64,000 bases of DNA from Eledone cirrhosa (Eukaryota), in contig OZ024740.1 in assembly GCA_964016885.1 (NCBI GenBank), forward strand, positions 124,062,001 to 124,126,000, read 5' to 3'. Every line of letters begins with the position of its first letter. Position 1 is the stretch's first letter. Below, piece after piece: positions 50,083 to 64,000 of this stretch. Below the pieces are notes generated by a model. It ran no database searches. It saw nothing but the letters and a program-made list of their open reading frames with translations, and had not been told where the DNA came from. The position numbers were made by a program, and so were the translations under genes.

Positions 50083-53000
50083 GTTATATAAGTTCACCTT
50101 TTACCATTCTAATAAAATCTTTTACATCTTCAACATTCTCAGTGTGCTGGCAACACTGCAATTAAACATTGTTTTATTATTGTTATCTTCATATAATTCC
50201 TCTCTTTGCATTCTATTTTACATTATTTCAGTTTTTGCCTGTTGTTTTATGACTTTTCTCAGAATGTTTGTTTGATCTCTTTATTGATATCACTAATTGA
50301 TATTTTTTACAATTTTATAGATTATCTGATTTTCATAGATTCCTGAAACAACATTTGTATACATATAGATACATATACATATTCATATACATCATAAACA
50401 TACACATAATATACATATATGCATACACATAATACAGACAAAGACACACATACATTTATATACATATGTATTAATTACAGATACCATCAGCCCTCTTTCT
50501 ATAGTTGTAATGAACATCAATATTAGTTTTAGTAACTTTTCCACTTTTTTTCCTACTATCTGTTTATCCTGCTCGTGAACATAATTGCTATTGTTATCAG
50601 CATGAAAGAGATCAGTTCTACCAGTACAACTATCAAAGGCAGATGATGTGAAGCAATGCCATCATATCTAACAAGACAAACACAAATCTAGGGAAATATT
50701 CAATATGTTTTGAAAAATATAAAATAACTAAATAAAATAAAAAATAACACTCATGTCTATAACAAAACATTGTCCTGATAACCATCATATAAAAGTTAAA
50801 CAATGATAAAATGAAATGAAAAAAAAACAAATGAAATTTACATCTCACACCTATGTAGGTTCCATTGGCCTCTAATGAAGCTGCATTGCACATGTTTCTT
50901 GCTTGTTTTAATAATAGGGACCCAGTTCTGTTGTGAAAAGCAACGTAAAATGAAGTGTCTTGCTCAAAATCACATGTTGCTCAGGCAAGAATAGAACTCT
51001 TGAACTTATCATCATGAGTTGAATACTCTAATCACTAAACACACGTCTTCGCATTGATAATGACATTTCACCAATTATATACAGCTAGGGTCCATTCCAA
51101 GTCATCTAGTTTATCGAGCCAGAGTTTATCCCAGTTTCATTGCTGTTAAGTGATTGAGAGTACAAGACACCCTGGAGAGCAAATCAATCCGATGTGAGAT
51201 CATCTGAGTTAATTGGAACAATGTGAAGTAAAATGTGTTGCTTGACAATTATTTACAAAAGTAACAAAATAGTAGGCAACAATAGATTTTAGTATTAAAC
51301 TGCTCTGATACCCTAAATGCTACACTAACATCTTAGGTCTCATTTTGATAAATTAACTCTTCAACTGAGTGATAACCATCCTGACACATGTATGATGATA
51401 ACAAATGAGAGAATAATTATCTATTATTGACCTGCTGAGAGAGCAGCCACTGTCTGTGTAGAATCAATCAAGTATGTTATTAGCTAGTTAAGAGAAAGTT
51501 CAATGAACATTATATTATTACTCTTGTAATATGAAAATGCTTGTTCATAATAAAATTAATGTCTTACAATCTCATTAAAACATAAATGATAGTGTGTGAG
51601 ATTACAGCCAGTGAACACCAGCACAATATGTAACGTATCTGAAGTATGAAACAAGCATGGGCAACCTTTATTGAGCAGTGGGAGGCATATGATGTGGCTC
51701 ATCATATGGCAGGCCACAATACAAAAAAAAATTCAAGGTCATTTTAAAATTAGGCGAGCCATTCAAAAAGTCAAAGTCTGCCTCGAGCCTAGAGTCCCAT
51801 CAGGCCAGTTACTGTGACATTAAACGACAGAGTACAAGACGCCCTCCTAGATAGGACCCCAGTCCATCACAAGGTTAAACCAGCAGGTATTATTGGTACA
51901 CATTTTCAGCTGAATATACTGAACCAACATGAAATGAAGTGTTTTGCACAAGAACACAGCATGCAACCCGAGTCCAGGAATTGAACCCATAACATTATGA
52001 TCGTAAATCTAACACACTTACCACTAGAATATGGCTAAATGCTTAAGAAGTTTGCTTTTAATCATAAAGTGCCAGGTCACATCTCATTGAATAGCATCTT
52101 GTGTAAGTGTCATTTACCATAATTTCAATATGATCTAAGTCTTGTAAGTGAAATTGGGTTGATAGAAACTGTTTTTAAACCTGATGGAAGGGCTGAAAAG
52201 GTCACACACTGAATATTGTATTAAGGGTACACATATGGAATGCTTAGCCCCTGGCACTGTAATTTCATGAGCAACCTGTTCCACAGATTAAACAACTAGA
52301 ACACATCAAAATCGGCATACCAATATTTAAAGTAACCTATACATATAACATTGAAATGAAGGCAGTCTACCAATAATAAATAATGTCATGGAAGTATTAA
52401 ACAGACAATTGGTAAAATAGATGAAGCCTTACAAGATTGAAACATATCATAAGTTGCCAATGTACTTAGCAAAGCTCAGATTCACTTCTCTCTGCATGCC
52501 CCTATGCAATATTTAACATTTAATAAATTTCAATTTTGGAGTCGTCTCTCTCATCTTTAACAAAAACTGTTTTTAATGATGATACTTTTTTCAGTACAGA
52601 TATAATTTTAATTCACTACTTTACCGTATTTGCTCTTGTATAACACAAGAAATTCAATATAAAAATTAAATTATACTAGTGTGAAAGAAATTAATACAAC
52701 AACAATCCTGTGAAAATGCAGATACCAAAAACAGTAGCTCTAAGATATCTAACAACTAATAGATACACTTCAATACTATATGTATAGTAAATACATTCAA
52801 TGGCTATTTTAGATTCTGTTACCACTACTACAGAATGTAATTGTACAATCTTTTCTAATCTAAAAGATTACAATTTCAAATGTAAATGTTACATTACTCA
52901 CAATAAAAATATGGATTTGGAAATAGATGTAATTATTACAGAATATTAATTTAAAATAAAGTCAGAAAATTTACTTGAAATCTTTTGATACCAACCTAGA

Positions 53001-54199
53001 CAAAATCAGCTCTGGACCTATTTAAACGGGTCCCTATCTAAATTAAATTTACCAATTTCAAACGGTTCCTATTTGAATTGAAATATGCAACATAATTTTA
53101 TATCAGAACCATATGCTAGGTTATTATCTTAGTAAGGAAATAATTTATAAATTTAGAAAATGCTATGAAATTCTTTATTAATTGATTAAAATGGAATGTA
53201 TTTGATAAGAAATCCAGCCATAAGAGAACACTACAATTTCTGTTGTTGAGAGCCCCATTGTGCCATGTGTTAAAGAATATCTAGTGGGAAGACAAGCTCA
53301 CTATCAAGAACTAGGAAAAGAAGTGGCTGGATGCAAGGCAGATGAGAAATGATTAATGTATTATGATATTACAAGTACAGTTGTGAGAGAATAAATTGTT
53401 GAAAATGAAAAATAGGGATTTAATCAGTCTTTAACTTTTCAAATATGTCTTGCCAGAGATTCTTCAAAGGGCATTATTTCAGTTTAATGTCAGAAAACAC
53501 AAAAGTCACAAAAGTTTTCTTCTGATTAGGATGATAAAATTATACAGTTTTATAGCTTTATAATAAAACTGAGAAAGCAGCATGATTTGACGCAGTTCAA
53601 AGTTATGATACTTTTACATTTTTATTAAAAAAGTATGAAACTGCATAGTCTTGTTTGTTATGATTTTTGTCATTTAAGGGAACAAAACACTGAAAGTAAA
53701 CTTGTCTATTTTCAGGACATAAAAAATAACATTACACTAGAATCTTTTTTTTTTACTTGGTAGAACTAAATTAATTACCGTAGTTATATCTAGAAGAAAA
53801 GCAATTCATCACAAAAATGAAATATTTACTTTCCTTCCTTATTGTTTACTGCCACACTGTATTACTGGATAAGGGAGCAGGCTCACTTTTAAAGAAACCT
53901 ACTATATTGGTATGGGATCAGTTTAGAGTTCACCATAGTGAGCCAATAAGACACCTATTGAAAGATATGAAAACTAATCAAACTCTAATTTCACATGTTT
54001 TTACAAGTATTCTTCAGCTTCTTGATATTTATCTGAACAAACCATAAAGAAGATTGGTTATCATAGATGACATTTGATAACATGAGGAAAAACAGCAGGC
54101 GGTAATCTCAAAAAGTCTAGCATTACTATTTTACACACCTAGGGAAACGTTGGTCAGAATGCTTTACTTGAAGTTATAGAAATATTTTAAAATACTTCT

Positions 54200-54546
54200 T
54201 GTGACGTTAAACTCGCCAGTTGCAGACTGCGCATCAACATGAGATATTCTTCTCCACAATGTTTGATCACCAGACGCAGCAGAGTTTAAAGATCAAACAT
54301 CAAGTCCAGTCCATAAGTTCACATTATCAAGTCATAGTTTTGGCTGCCGGCCTCTGCTTCTCTTACCAGCCAGCCTTCTTTCCAGGTATAACCTACTCAC
54401 ACCACAAGTTGATCTTTTTATATGACTGTATAGTTTCAGTACTCATGATTTGACGATTGATGTAATTGGTCTAAATTGTGTAATGTTGAGCAGCTCACTG
54501 ATACAGATACGGTCGCTGAGCTGCTTGCTAGTCATAAGTCTCATGA
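54200..54546 (-). mobile_element. Family C LINE 3' fragment
   Basis: Reverse complement matches 15810-16105 (RLMTSKQLSDRICISELL..EGWLVREAE/GKRSRGRQ). Confidence 0.75.
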
Positions 54547-54745
54547 CTAGCATCCTTTAAAACCTCCATGCTTCCTGAAATTCGCCAACACCACACCTGA
54601 TATCCCTCCCCCCATATACATGCACACATGTATATCATGACTGATACACTGTTCACTTTCCTGACATTTGTACATTATTCTATGTACTATACATGCACCT
54701 TTGATGAGTTGTAGTGCACCTGAGTGCTGTACACAATAATTTCAG
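54546..54745 (+). mobile_element. CR1 3' end
   Basis: gcatcctttaaaacctccatgcttcctgaaattcgc..tgtagtgcacctgagtgctgtacacaata is the reverse complement of 13920-14100. Confidence 0.8.
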
Positions 54746-54940
54746 TGAATTGACAGTATCAGTAGAGCATCAGACACCATGCTTTGCAGCATAGAGTTAT
54801 GGTCCTTTACATTCTGGGTTCAAATCCAGCCGAAGTTAGCTTTGCTTTTCATCCTTACGAGATCAATAAAATAAAGCACAGTAATACACTGGGGCAATTG
54901 CTGGCCTTGTGCCAAACGTAGAAACAATTATTATTATTAT
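54746..54940 (+). mobile_element. SINE family 1
   Basis: B-box GGGTTCAAATCC, core and ATT tail. Confidence 0.82.
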
Positions 54941-55710
54941 AAATCAGATGTGAAGGAAAATAATCTGCTGTGGAATAATCAGGAGGAAATAACTGATATC
55001 ACTGCAAGTTTAGATGAAGGAGATAATTGGTTGGAATTATTTTGAGAATCAGGATGATAAATCATTTTGATGATAATGATTTAGCTGTGATAAACTCATG
55101 CCACGAACAAAATGTTATTGAGAGAAAGCAGGAATCATGTCAGTTATGATTCCTCTGTGTTTTTATTTTAGCTTTCTTAGTTTTTGTGTTTTATGTGTTT
55201 TAAAAATTCAAACCTGTCAACTCTCGCCGTTGAACAAGAAGATCTCCCACCCAATTTTGGGGTGGGTTATAGATGTCTTCTATTATGAAAATGGGTATAG
55301 TTTTCAAAATGTAAAATCTTCCCATTTTGCCTCATTTCTCCCTGTTCTGGGGCACATTTCTTTTCATGGTACTTTCCGTTTGGATTTTTAAAGATTCGCA
55401 GGTCTGAAATTTTGAGCTACACATTTTTGGTTTCATAAAAAATGTATGTACATACACAAGTATTACATTGTTTAAGAATGTAATATATATTACTTTTAGC
55501 TACATAAAATGAAGGTAAGTCAATTTAAGTCTTGTGAGAGAAATAGGGTAGACAGTTTGGAAGATATTACATATGGTCAGCAGCTGCTTAAAAATATCCA
55601 CATGATATCTTCCTATATGCAATGAAATATTGTTAAACCTTATGCAATTCATGAATTCATCACAAAGGCTGCCATGGATCAGCACCAAAATGTTTATGCA
55701 AAGATGGCTG

Positions 55711-55865
<155 letters not shown>

Positions 55866-56299
55866 CAAATAGAATCAAAGTCAGTGTTGCAGCATATGTA
55901 CAAACTTTAGTAGCATACAGCCCAACGCAAGACGGACCTCGTAACAGCATTGAGTGCTTTAAACGGCTCACTGCCTGTAACTGTAGTTAAACACATAGAC
56001 ATATATATATCATCACCATCACTGTTTAATGTCTGTTTGCCATTCTAACATGCGTTAGATAGATTGTCATGTTCTGCGTCTATCAGATCAAGTCACCACA
56101 TCTTCATACATTCCATTTTTTACTTGGTTTAGACAGTTGGATTCCTGTCTGAATACCAACCATTATACAGTGCACACTGAGACCATTTTTTGTGACACCA
56201 AGTTTGCTGTGGGTGTTGTGGCATCAGGACTATCACCTTACAAGTGAAAATATGCAAAAATTGTAAGTTTCATTATGACCATAAACAATTCCTATTATT

Positions 56300-56475
56300 T
56301 GAATTGGCAGTATCAGTAGAGGGTCGGACGCCATGCTTTGATGCATAGAGTTACGGCCCTTGCCATTCTGAGTTCAAATCCCGCCAAGGTTAACTTTGCC
56401 TTTCATCCTTACGGGGTTGATAAAATAAAGTACCAGTGCTGGCCTTGTGCCAAAAAGTAGAAACAATTATTATTG
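56300..56475 (+). mobile_element. SINE family 1
   Basis: A/B boxes, core and ATT tail. Confidence 0.85.
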
Positions 56476-56569
56476 ATATCAACATTCCAGTAAATGAGAT
56501 TTGATTCTATTCTTAGTTAAAAACTAATACCTTCTTTGGATGGAGAATTCAAAGAATTGTAAAATAAAG

Positions 56570-57425
56570 AAATACACAATCACATAGATGAGGTAGAGTC
56601 TGGGCATAACAGGGATCAGGTGCAGTGTGCAGGAGAGGTGATTACGGCCGTATGGACTTGTGATGTGTATGAAGTATGACTAATATATAATGAAGAGCAG
56701 GGCACTCAAAGATAATGGAAACTATAGAAGAAGAACATCTAGGAAAGTGTGCGATGAGGTGATAAAAGCTGACCTCACACACTTGCACATTTCAAAGTCG
56801 ATGACAGAGGAACCAGATCTGCAATACTGCCTTCCTATGCACAAAGGATGAATCAACATATAGTGGTCCCTAGTATGCAGCACTTCTTCCCCTATCCCCT
56901 TCTCATTCAGTACTCCAGAAGACCTGCCTTCCTATCTGCATGGGATAAAACGACATCTAGTGCTCACTGGAATGCACCATGCATTATTTCTCCGACACCT
57001 TCAATACACCCCTACATCTTAACACTCCACGTTTCACCAGCTAAGTACCCATCTGAGTTCTACCTTGCCAATCCCCACCCTATGCACATGCACTCTTCAC
57101 CTCCATTTTCCACTTCTGAAGCATTCTTCTTGACCGACCTATATATACATGCATGGAAAGATGAACACATTCTCCTACAATAGTGCTAAAAATAGCTAGA
57201 GACAACTGAACGCCCATGTCCATCATGTAAGATGCTTGTGTTGGTGCCATGATAAAAGAGCACTTAGTCCTCCCTGTAAGGTAACATGACAAAAGAGAAC
57301 AGTGACCTCACAACAAAAGCACCCAGTCGACACTGTAAAGTGTTTGTGTTGGAGCCATAAAAAATTGTCCCAGGTCCTATTGTAAGGTGGTCGTGTTGGT
57401 GTCATGAGAAAAAGTGCACTATCCA
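56570..57425 (+). mobile_element. Old family A-related RTE 3' fragment
   Basis: GIRCSVQER*LRPYGLVMCMK..DEVIKADLTHLHISK, followed by UTR-type repeats at 57230-57420. Confidence 0.65.
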
Positions 57426-57477
57426 AACTATATATGTGTATGTGTATGTGTGTATCAATACCTGTTAATGAGAAATA

Positions 57478-57584
57478 TTTTTACTTATATACTCTATAAA
57501 ACGATTTTATAAAGAAAGGTTTTACTTATATACTCTATAAAACGATTTTATAAAGAAAGATTTTACTTATATACTCTATAAAAC
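57478..57584. repeat. 41-bp minisatellite, ~2.6 copies
   Basis: ttttacttatatactctataaaacgattttataaagaaag, period 41. Confidence 0.92.
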
Positions 57585-58705
57585 AACTGAAAATACTGCA
57601 CCAAATGGGTTCAAATACCAAATCTTATAAGGAAGGAATTGAGGTATGATGTAATTTTCCTTTTCGATTCTTACAAAATATAAAATATATCAAAATTATG
57701 TGTGTGTGTGTGCGCGTGTGCACGTGCATGTGTGTGAGTGTATGTGTGTTACATTCAGGTTATTAGTGCCTATACTAATCAAATGTTGGTGGAAGTGAAA
57801 GTACAAAAGATAATGCTGTTCAATATTCTGTTTTCTGGTTATAGCTCTTTTTCAAATAAATGAAAAATGTCTAAGTCCCTATAGATCGCGAAATTCAAGG
57901 GAGTTTTTAGGCTATATATATTTGATGACCTATTCACTAATGTTGAATTCTGAGTTCAATTCCTGTTGAATTGAAATTTTTCCTTTCATCCTAAAAAGAC
58001 TGATTGAATAATTACCATTTATAGTGGTGAAAATCAAACTAAGAACAAAAAATTCAGAAATGGACAATATATCTAAAGTTGTTCAATTGGCTACACTTAT
58101 GGTTTATTCTGCTTGATCAGTACTGATTCTAATAGGATGACCACCACCTCTATCACACCTCTACCACTGTCACAAAAAGCAGCAGAAACAAGAGAAGAGG
58201 AAGAAGAAGAAAAAACAAAAATAATAACCATCAAAACTATTCCCATTTCATCACTATATTCCATCTCATTCCTCAACATACAATTATTCAACTCTGCCTT
58301 TACTAACTTCTTCCTTAGACTTTCAATATTCACCAAGTGCTTGACCATTCAACTGGCACATAAATCTTGCAATAAATCATATTCGTATTTCCAGCACACA
58401 TTAACAGACAAACGCATTCACACATAGACACACACAGACAGATAAAAGCACATATAGATATATCCGCATATATCTATATTGATCTACCTCTCTATTACAT
58501 GGGTGGGTTGTGAGTGTACTTATGTGTTTATTCAAAGTGAAAATATATTCAATAAACTGATATTAAAAACATTTTTTTCCTGTATTTTCCCCCCAAGAAG
58601 TCAATAAACCAATCAGCCAACAAAGAATTAAATAAATACATAAATAAACAGAATAAATGCTTTCATGTCTGTAAAAACAAATTATCCAGCTTATTTAATC
58701 AGCAA

Positions 58706-59637
58706 ATATTTTTTTTTCATAAAACACTTATTTTCCCCACAAAATACCTTCCATTTCCATATATTCATAAATGTTAGATAAGCACTCACTTCTATTAAAA
58801 AGATATATTTTATTTTAGAATCCTATGGGGCCCCACCCCTAAAGGAAAACCAAGAAAAAAGAAACATTTTTGTTAATAGCCAGCCCCTTAATTTTTCTTC
58901 CTGCTCTAAACATTGATAACTAGCATTTAATGGGGTTTTTTTGTAAAAACAGGTGTTAAGCTTGTATGTTCCATCCATGAGAATTTTTTTCATTTTGGTC
59001 CTACACCCAGCATCAATCTCATTAACCTATTTATTCTCACTTCTTCCTCCATCATTATTAGCCATGTCTTTCTCAATATTCTATTTCATCTAATTCCTTC
59101 TACATTTACTTCCATTTTTTTTATGGCCAAGTTAACATTATCCTTCCTCAACAGATGACACAGCTACCTCATCCAAATTCTCTTCACGACATTCATTACA
59201 ATCTTTACAACGCATGCCTTAGTGATATTCTGTTCATCTACTCAAGCATTCTCCTTATATTCTTTCCAGTCTTTTTGGTTACTCCACATTCACTACTCCT
59301 ACCTTGCTCTTATAAACCAGGACACTTATCAAACATGTAGCAGAATGCTTTCTCTTCAGTTTCAGTGACATTCATCTTACTAGCATGCCTCTAAGTTCTT
59401 AGAACTTCTTCCATGCACATTTCACTCTAGCCACAGTCTTCATTCAACAAGACTTTATAGTGGCAAAATGTTTTCACGGCTTCCACATTCACACTATTTC
59501 CAAGATCCAACACAACATCCTCTCCATCCGTTGTTCCCTCCACATATTTTTTTTTCATAAAACACTTATTTTCCCCACAAAATACCTTCCATTTCCATAT
59601 ATTCATAAATGTTAGATAAGCACTCACTTCTATTAAA
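58706..59637. repeat. Identical 94-bp direct repeats 838 bp apart (58706-58799, 59544-59637)
   Basis: atattttttttt cataaaacacttattttccccacaaaatacc..cacttctattaaa occurs twice. Confidence 0.9.
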
Positions 59638-62340
59638 TATAGCCACCCCATTAATAATCCTCACTTACAATTAGACTTTTCAGAACCTACTCAGAGTCAA
59701 TTATCTAAACTATAATAAAGTAAGAAGAAGCGCGTGACTGTGTACAGTTTATAATTTTTTATCCCATTAGTAAAATAAGTTGGATTATTTTGAATAAATA
59801 ATGAATGAATATTACATAATTTATCTACTAAATTTCGTGGCTGTTCATTAAATATATTTTATTATTTATTTAAAGATTCACTTCTTTAAAATTTTCAAAT
59901 GTCAACACTTCCGTTTAAATAAACATATTCATTGTCTTTCACTAATTTTCTCCTAATGCAGTTTATATATAATATCGTCTTTTTTTTAATGTATCATGGA
60001 TTACGTTACTGATTGCATAAGTCTGTGTAACACAGTCTTCGTTCAATTTCTGTGTGTATTGTCAATTACGATTTTATTTGATGTATCATATCTACATGTA
60101 TATATACTTGCGTATAATATCAATATACACACTGCACATGCTTGCAGAAAACCGCCCGGTAGGTGGTTTTTCTGCTAGTAAATTTAATGGACTACAATCC
60201 AATAAACTTTCTGTACTTTTTTCTGTTATTTCTGACCTGTCACACCACCTTCATCTTTCCAATATTCACCTTCATATCCTTTCTTTCCATATATTCCTTC
60301 TATCCATTATAAGGTTGTGGTCGCATGTAATTATGTTTATCATTGTTGGTGAAGGGAGTGAATGGCAGAATTGGTAGAGCACAAGACTAAATGTTGTGGT
60401 GTTTAGTTACATCACCTCACACTTTGAGGTAGACAAATGGATGAATAACAAAGTGTTAGATAAACACTGGAGTAAATTCAATTTGCTACACACATCACTC
60501 AAATTTCTGATGCATGAGAAATGTTAATATCAGTTGAGATTTTCATTCATTAATTTGCAGTATTTGTTCATACACCTAAACCTTCGAAGTTCAAAGCCCA
60601 TCTGAGGTAAGTATATGTTTAATCTCATCAGAGACTGAAATAAACAATAGTTTAGTCTGGGGTGAATTCGCTGTAGCCACTACTATTCAAATTTATAAGT
60701 TTGTGCCAAAGTTAGAAATGGTTATTAATTGGTATTGAAATAACTGTCATTTTTAATCATTGCAATTATTTTGTCATAGTAAAGAAATGATTTCATGATA
60801 AATCAGGTTCATGACCACTAATCAATTCTTACTCTTGCAGTTTCCTTTCAAAATGCTTTTCTTTCAAAAAGACAAAAAATATTGCAGCATTTTACTTTTA
60901 AAGAAACTACTATTGTTTTGCCTTATTTTGTTTTGAAACTTTTTGATACCAGTCCACCTGAAAATGGTTCTGGTTCTGCAGTGCTAAGCTGTTTATTTTA
61001 GTGTTTATATTTATCTAAAAGTCATCGTTTTGTATGATAACTTTTGTTATATTATGCTCCAAAACCATTTCCAACATCAACATTGTCAGCCATTTTACAT
61101 CTGCTTTACCATGTGTGAATCTTATATGTTGTGCTTTCCATAGTTTTTAGCAGTTTTATTTTCTTTCTGGATACTCTTTTAATCCCCAACCATATTACAG
61201 CAAAGACTAGGTGCATCATTCATGCTTTCAGCACTTGAAAGGTTTCTGGCTGCACATTAGGGTCTCTCTAACCTGTATCAGTTTTATTCAGCGTAACTGC
61301 TCTCCTAGATAGTTTATGGAGGCCACATTTGATGAAGAGGGTGGTTAAGTATTTAGGGCTTTATTACAGCATGTTCAACTTGTTCTGTGTAAGATACAGT
61401 GGAGTATATTGGTTACAGTATTTGCTGATCTGTATTCCGTATGTGGTATGCTCAAATGTTGTTTAGTCTAGCAAACCCAAGATTAAAGTTGTTCTGCCTT
61501 ATTACATATCCAAGAATACACTGTTTATCGACCTCCTTTTTTAAAAACCTTTTGATACCAAACTGCCTGAAACCACCCTTGTTTCATATTTAAAAACAGC
61601 TATTTATGTTTATAAAAATTCTTCCCTTATAATAACGAGAATGCTATTTTACTAAACCCTTTTACAGATTTTTTTTTATTTTCAAAATTATTTGAAATTC
61701 ATAAACAAAGTTACATTAGAAATAATGTAATGATAGAAATAATGTAATGATAGAAGTTGTGTGATATGAAGAAGATTTGGCTGTTTCTAATAGTTTGATT
61801 GATCAATTGTAGGTTCTCTCATTGCCCTTTTTTTATTATTGTCATTGTCAATAACACCATAGTTGTGATAACTTTAATAAGAGAATAATGAAAATACTGC
61901 TATCAATATTGCTGATTTCCTCCACAAAACTGGAAAGACAGCAGCCTGCTTGAGGAGGGAGCTCCGTGAGATGGGGGAGGGCTGTTTCAGTTGATTGATG
62001 TCTCTGGATATATTCCACAGTAACACCTTTACAATTTTGTCCATGATGACTGATCCATTATGTGTTTTTTTCTGTAGCCAATGAGTGGCTTTTTTGGTGT
62101 TTCTTTATGCATCTTATTCTTCACCACTAAGGGGTAATTATGTTCAAGATACCACCTCTATGACGATTATCAACCAAGATTAGTGAGCTCGCCCTGCCCA
62201 TGAGACACGGCTATTCCCCACTAGGTGCCAGGGGTTATATTATTATTAGAGCTGTCCTTAATATTCTCTTCATGTAAACATTTTGTGGTAGGCAAAGAAA
62301 TCACTATCACCACATTGCCATCATTATTAATTAGCAGTAT

Positions 62341-63092
62341 GGGCGGTGGATTGGCAGTATTGGTAGAGAGTTGGATGCCATGCTTTCCAGCATAGTTACT
62401 CCTTTTATGGTCTGAGTTCAAATCCCGCCGAGGTTTACTTTGCCTTTCATCCTTACGGGGTCGATAAAATAAAGTACCAGTAATGCACTGAGTAATTGCT
62501 GGCCTTGTGCCTAAAGTAGAAACAATTATTACTATTAACAGTATCGATAGAGCATCAGACACCATGCTCTTCAGCATAGAGTTATGGCCCTTTACGTTCT
62601 GAGTTCAAATCCTTCAAGGTTAACTTTGCCTTTCATCCTTACTGGGTCAATAAAATAAAGCACCAGTAATGTAGTGGGTTAATTGCTGACCTTGTTCCAA
62701 AAGTAGAGACATTATTATTATTTTTGCAGCATAGAATTATGTCCCTTTATGGTCTGTGTTCAAATATTGCTGTGGTTAGCTTTGCCTTTCATCCTGACGG
62801 GGTCGATAAAATAAAGTACCAGTAATGCACTGGGATAATTGCTGGCCTTGTGCCAAAAGTAGTAACAATTATTATTATAAGGGGTAATAAATTGGAGAAT
62901 TGTTAGAATTTTAAAAAAAAATAATTGTGGTATTCATTCTGGTTCTTCACACTGAGTTCAAATCCCACCAAGATCAACTTTACCTTTCATCCTTCCAGGT
63001 TAGATTACAGAAAGTACCAGGCATGTACTGGAATTGACATAGTCAATTAATGCTGAAATTCTGGCCATGTGTCTTTGCTAGAAATGATTATC
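62341..63092 (+). mobile_element. Head-to-tail array of four SINE family 1 copies
   Basis: Copies at ~62341-62530, 62539-62720, 62724-62878 and 62888-63092, each with B-box and core. Confidence 0.88.
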
Positions 63093-63189
63093 CTGGTAAG
63101 TACTGTTATTTTTATGCTGTGTTGACATAAGCACTGCAAATCAAAAACGAAATTTGCGTTGATTTAAACGAATTACAGGAAGACATTTT

Positions 63190-64000
63190 TTTTATGTGAC
63201 ATACGTATGACCATGTCAACACTTCTGCTTGGTGTTGTTTATCGACCCCCAAACTACCATCAGGACATACAGCTTTGCGATATCCTCAGAGCTGCTGCCA
63301 GAAAAACAACCACTTATGTGTTTATTGCAGGTGACTTCAATCATCCTGAGATAAATTGGGAAACCTTTCGTTGGCGACAAAGTGCAAACAATTTCCTTGA
63401 GCTAGTGCTGGACTCAAACTGGTCACAAGTAGTCACCTCTCCAACAAGGGGTGACAACACTTTGGAGCTGCTCTTCACCACTACTCCTGAAGTGGTTATC
63501 AGTTGTACTACTGAGGAACCTCTAGGTGACTAATCATGCTATGATCATTGCCAATCCGGTTCTTGCGGGCAGCAACAAAAACCAGAACCATCTCCAATCT
63601 GCTTGCTTTGATTGGAAGAAAGCAGATTGGAACTGGTACTGCACTGAGCTACAGCGCCCAAACTGGCATGAGTTCTATAACTCTGGAGATGTGAACATTA
63701 TACTCCAGATCATCCTGGACTCAATATGGATAGCGTGTGCAGCATCAGTGCCACATAAGCAGAAAAAAAACACCTCAAAAGTGCAATTTGGTAAACTTCA
63801 GCGGTCCGACTTGCCAGGAAAGAACGTCGGAATGCTGAACGGGAATATAAACTGAATAAATCAGATGCCAACAGAAAAAAGCGGAATACATTTTCCAACC
63901 ATCTCAAGCAAGTGACAAAAAAGGCAGTGCTTGAATTTGAACAGTGGATAGCAACCAATCCTGACAGTAAGGTGTTCTGGAAATATCTGCACTCAAAGCA
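63190..64000 (+). mobile_element. CR1-clade LINE ORF2 N-terminal part (APE endonuclease), decayed, runs off the window
   Basis: LLGVVYRPP, IAGDFNHPEINW, PTRGDNTLELLFT, NHAMI, FDWKKADW and KVFWKYL. Confidence 0.88.

Larger units (their letters stand above)
52622..55298 (+). mobile_element. Decayed pogo/Tigger-like DNA transposon with nested insertions
   Basis: ORF 53817-54047 ILVWDQFRVH..FTSILQLLDIYLNKP is a DDE_1-like motif (WD.F..H, TS.LQPLD..NKP). Pogo-like terminus TACCGTATTT at 52622 and a degenerate right end at ~55286-55298; ends uncertain. Confidence 0.6.

Noticed and set aside
51652-52500. Possible hAT/Charlie element starting CAAGCATGGGCAAC
   Set aside because: No convincing right TIR or 8-bp TSD found.
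62341-63092. Regularly spaced repeats resembling a CRISPR array or tRNA cluster
   Set aside because: Units are ~180-bp SINEs with no unique spacers, no cas genes and no cloverleaf.

Overview
AT-rich animal genomic DNA, with no intact host gene recognisable. The (TA)n/(CA)n microsatellites and SINE/LINE content look mollusc/cephalopod-like, which is an inference. The window is a mosaic of decayed mobile elements: many copies of an RTE-type LINE whose RT carries an inserted C4HC3 (PHD-like) zinc finger, a full-length decayed Gypsy LTR element (19163-23810), a Penelope-like element (PLE) interrupted by another LINE, CR1 and CRE fragments, a pogo-type transposase remnant, two hAT-type MITEs and two tRNA-derived SINE families. 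The most notable signal is non-coding: three partial tandem repeats sitting in TA microsatellites, each with hammerhead ribozyme motifs. One (4671-5519) has a canonical minimal type I hammerhead plus an octamer motif. Two neighbouring families with unrelated sequence (26059-26697 and 26718-27638) share a hammerhead whose strands are in a non-circularly permuted, pseudoknotted order, with compensatory base pairing. They look like retrozyme/PLE-dependent elements that could release self-cleaved, possibly circular, RNA monomers of about 500-630 nt. Boundaries of decayed elements are approximate and all RNA folding was done by eye.
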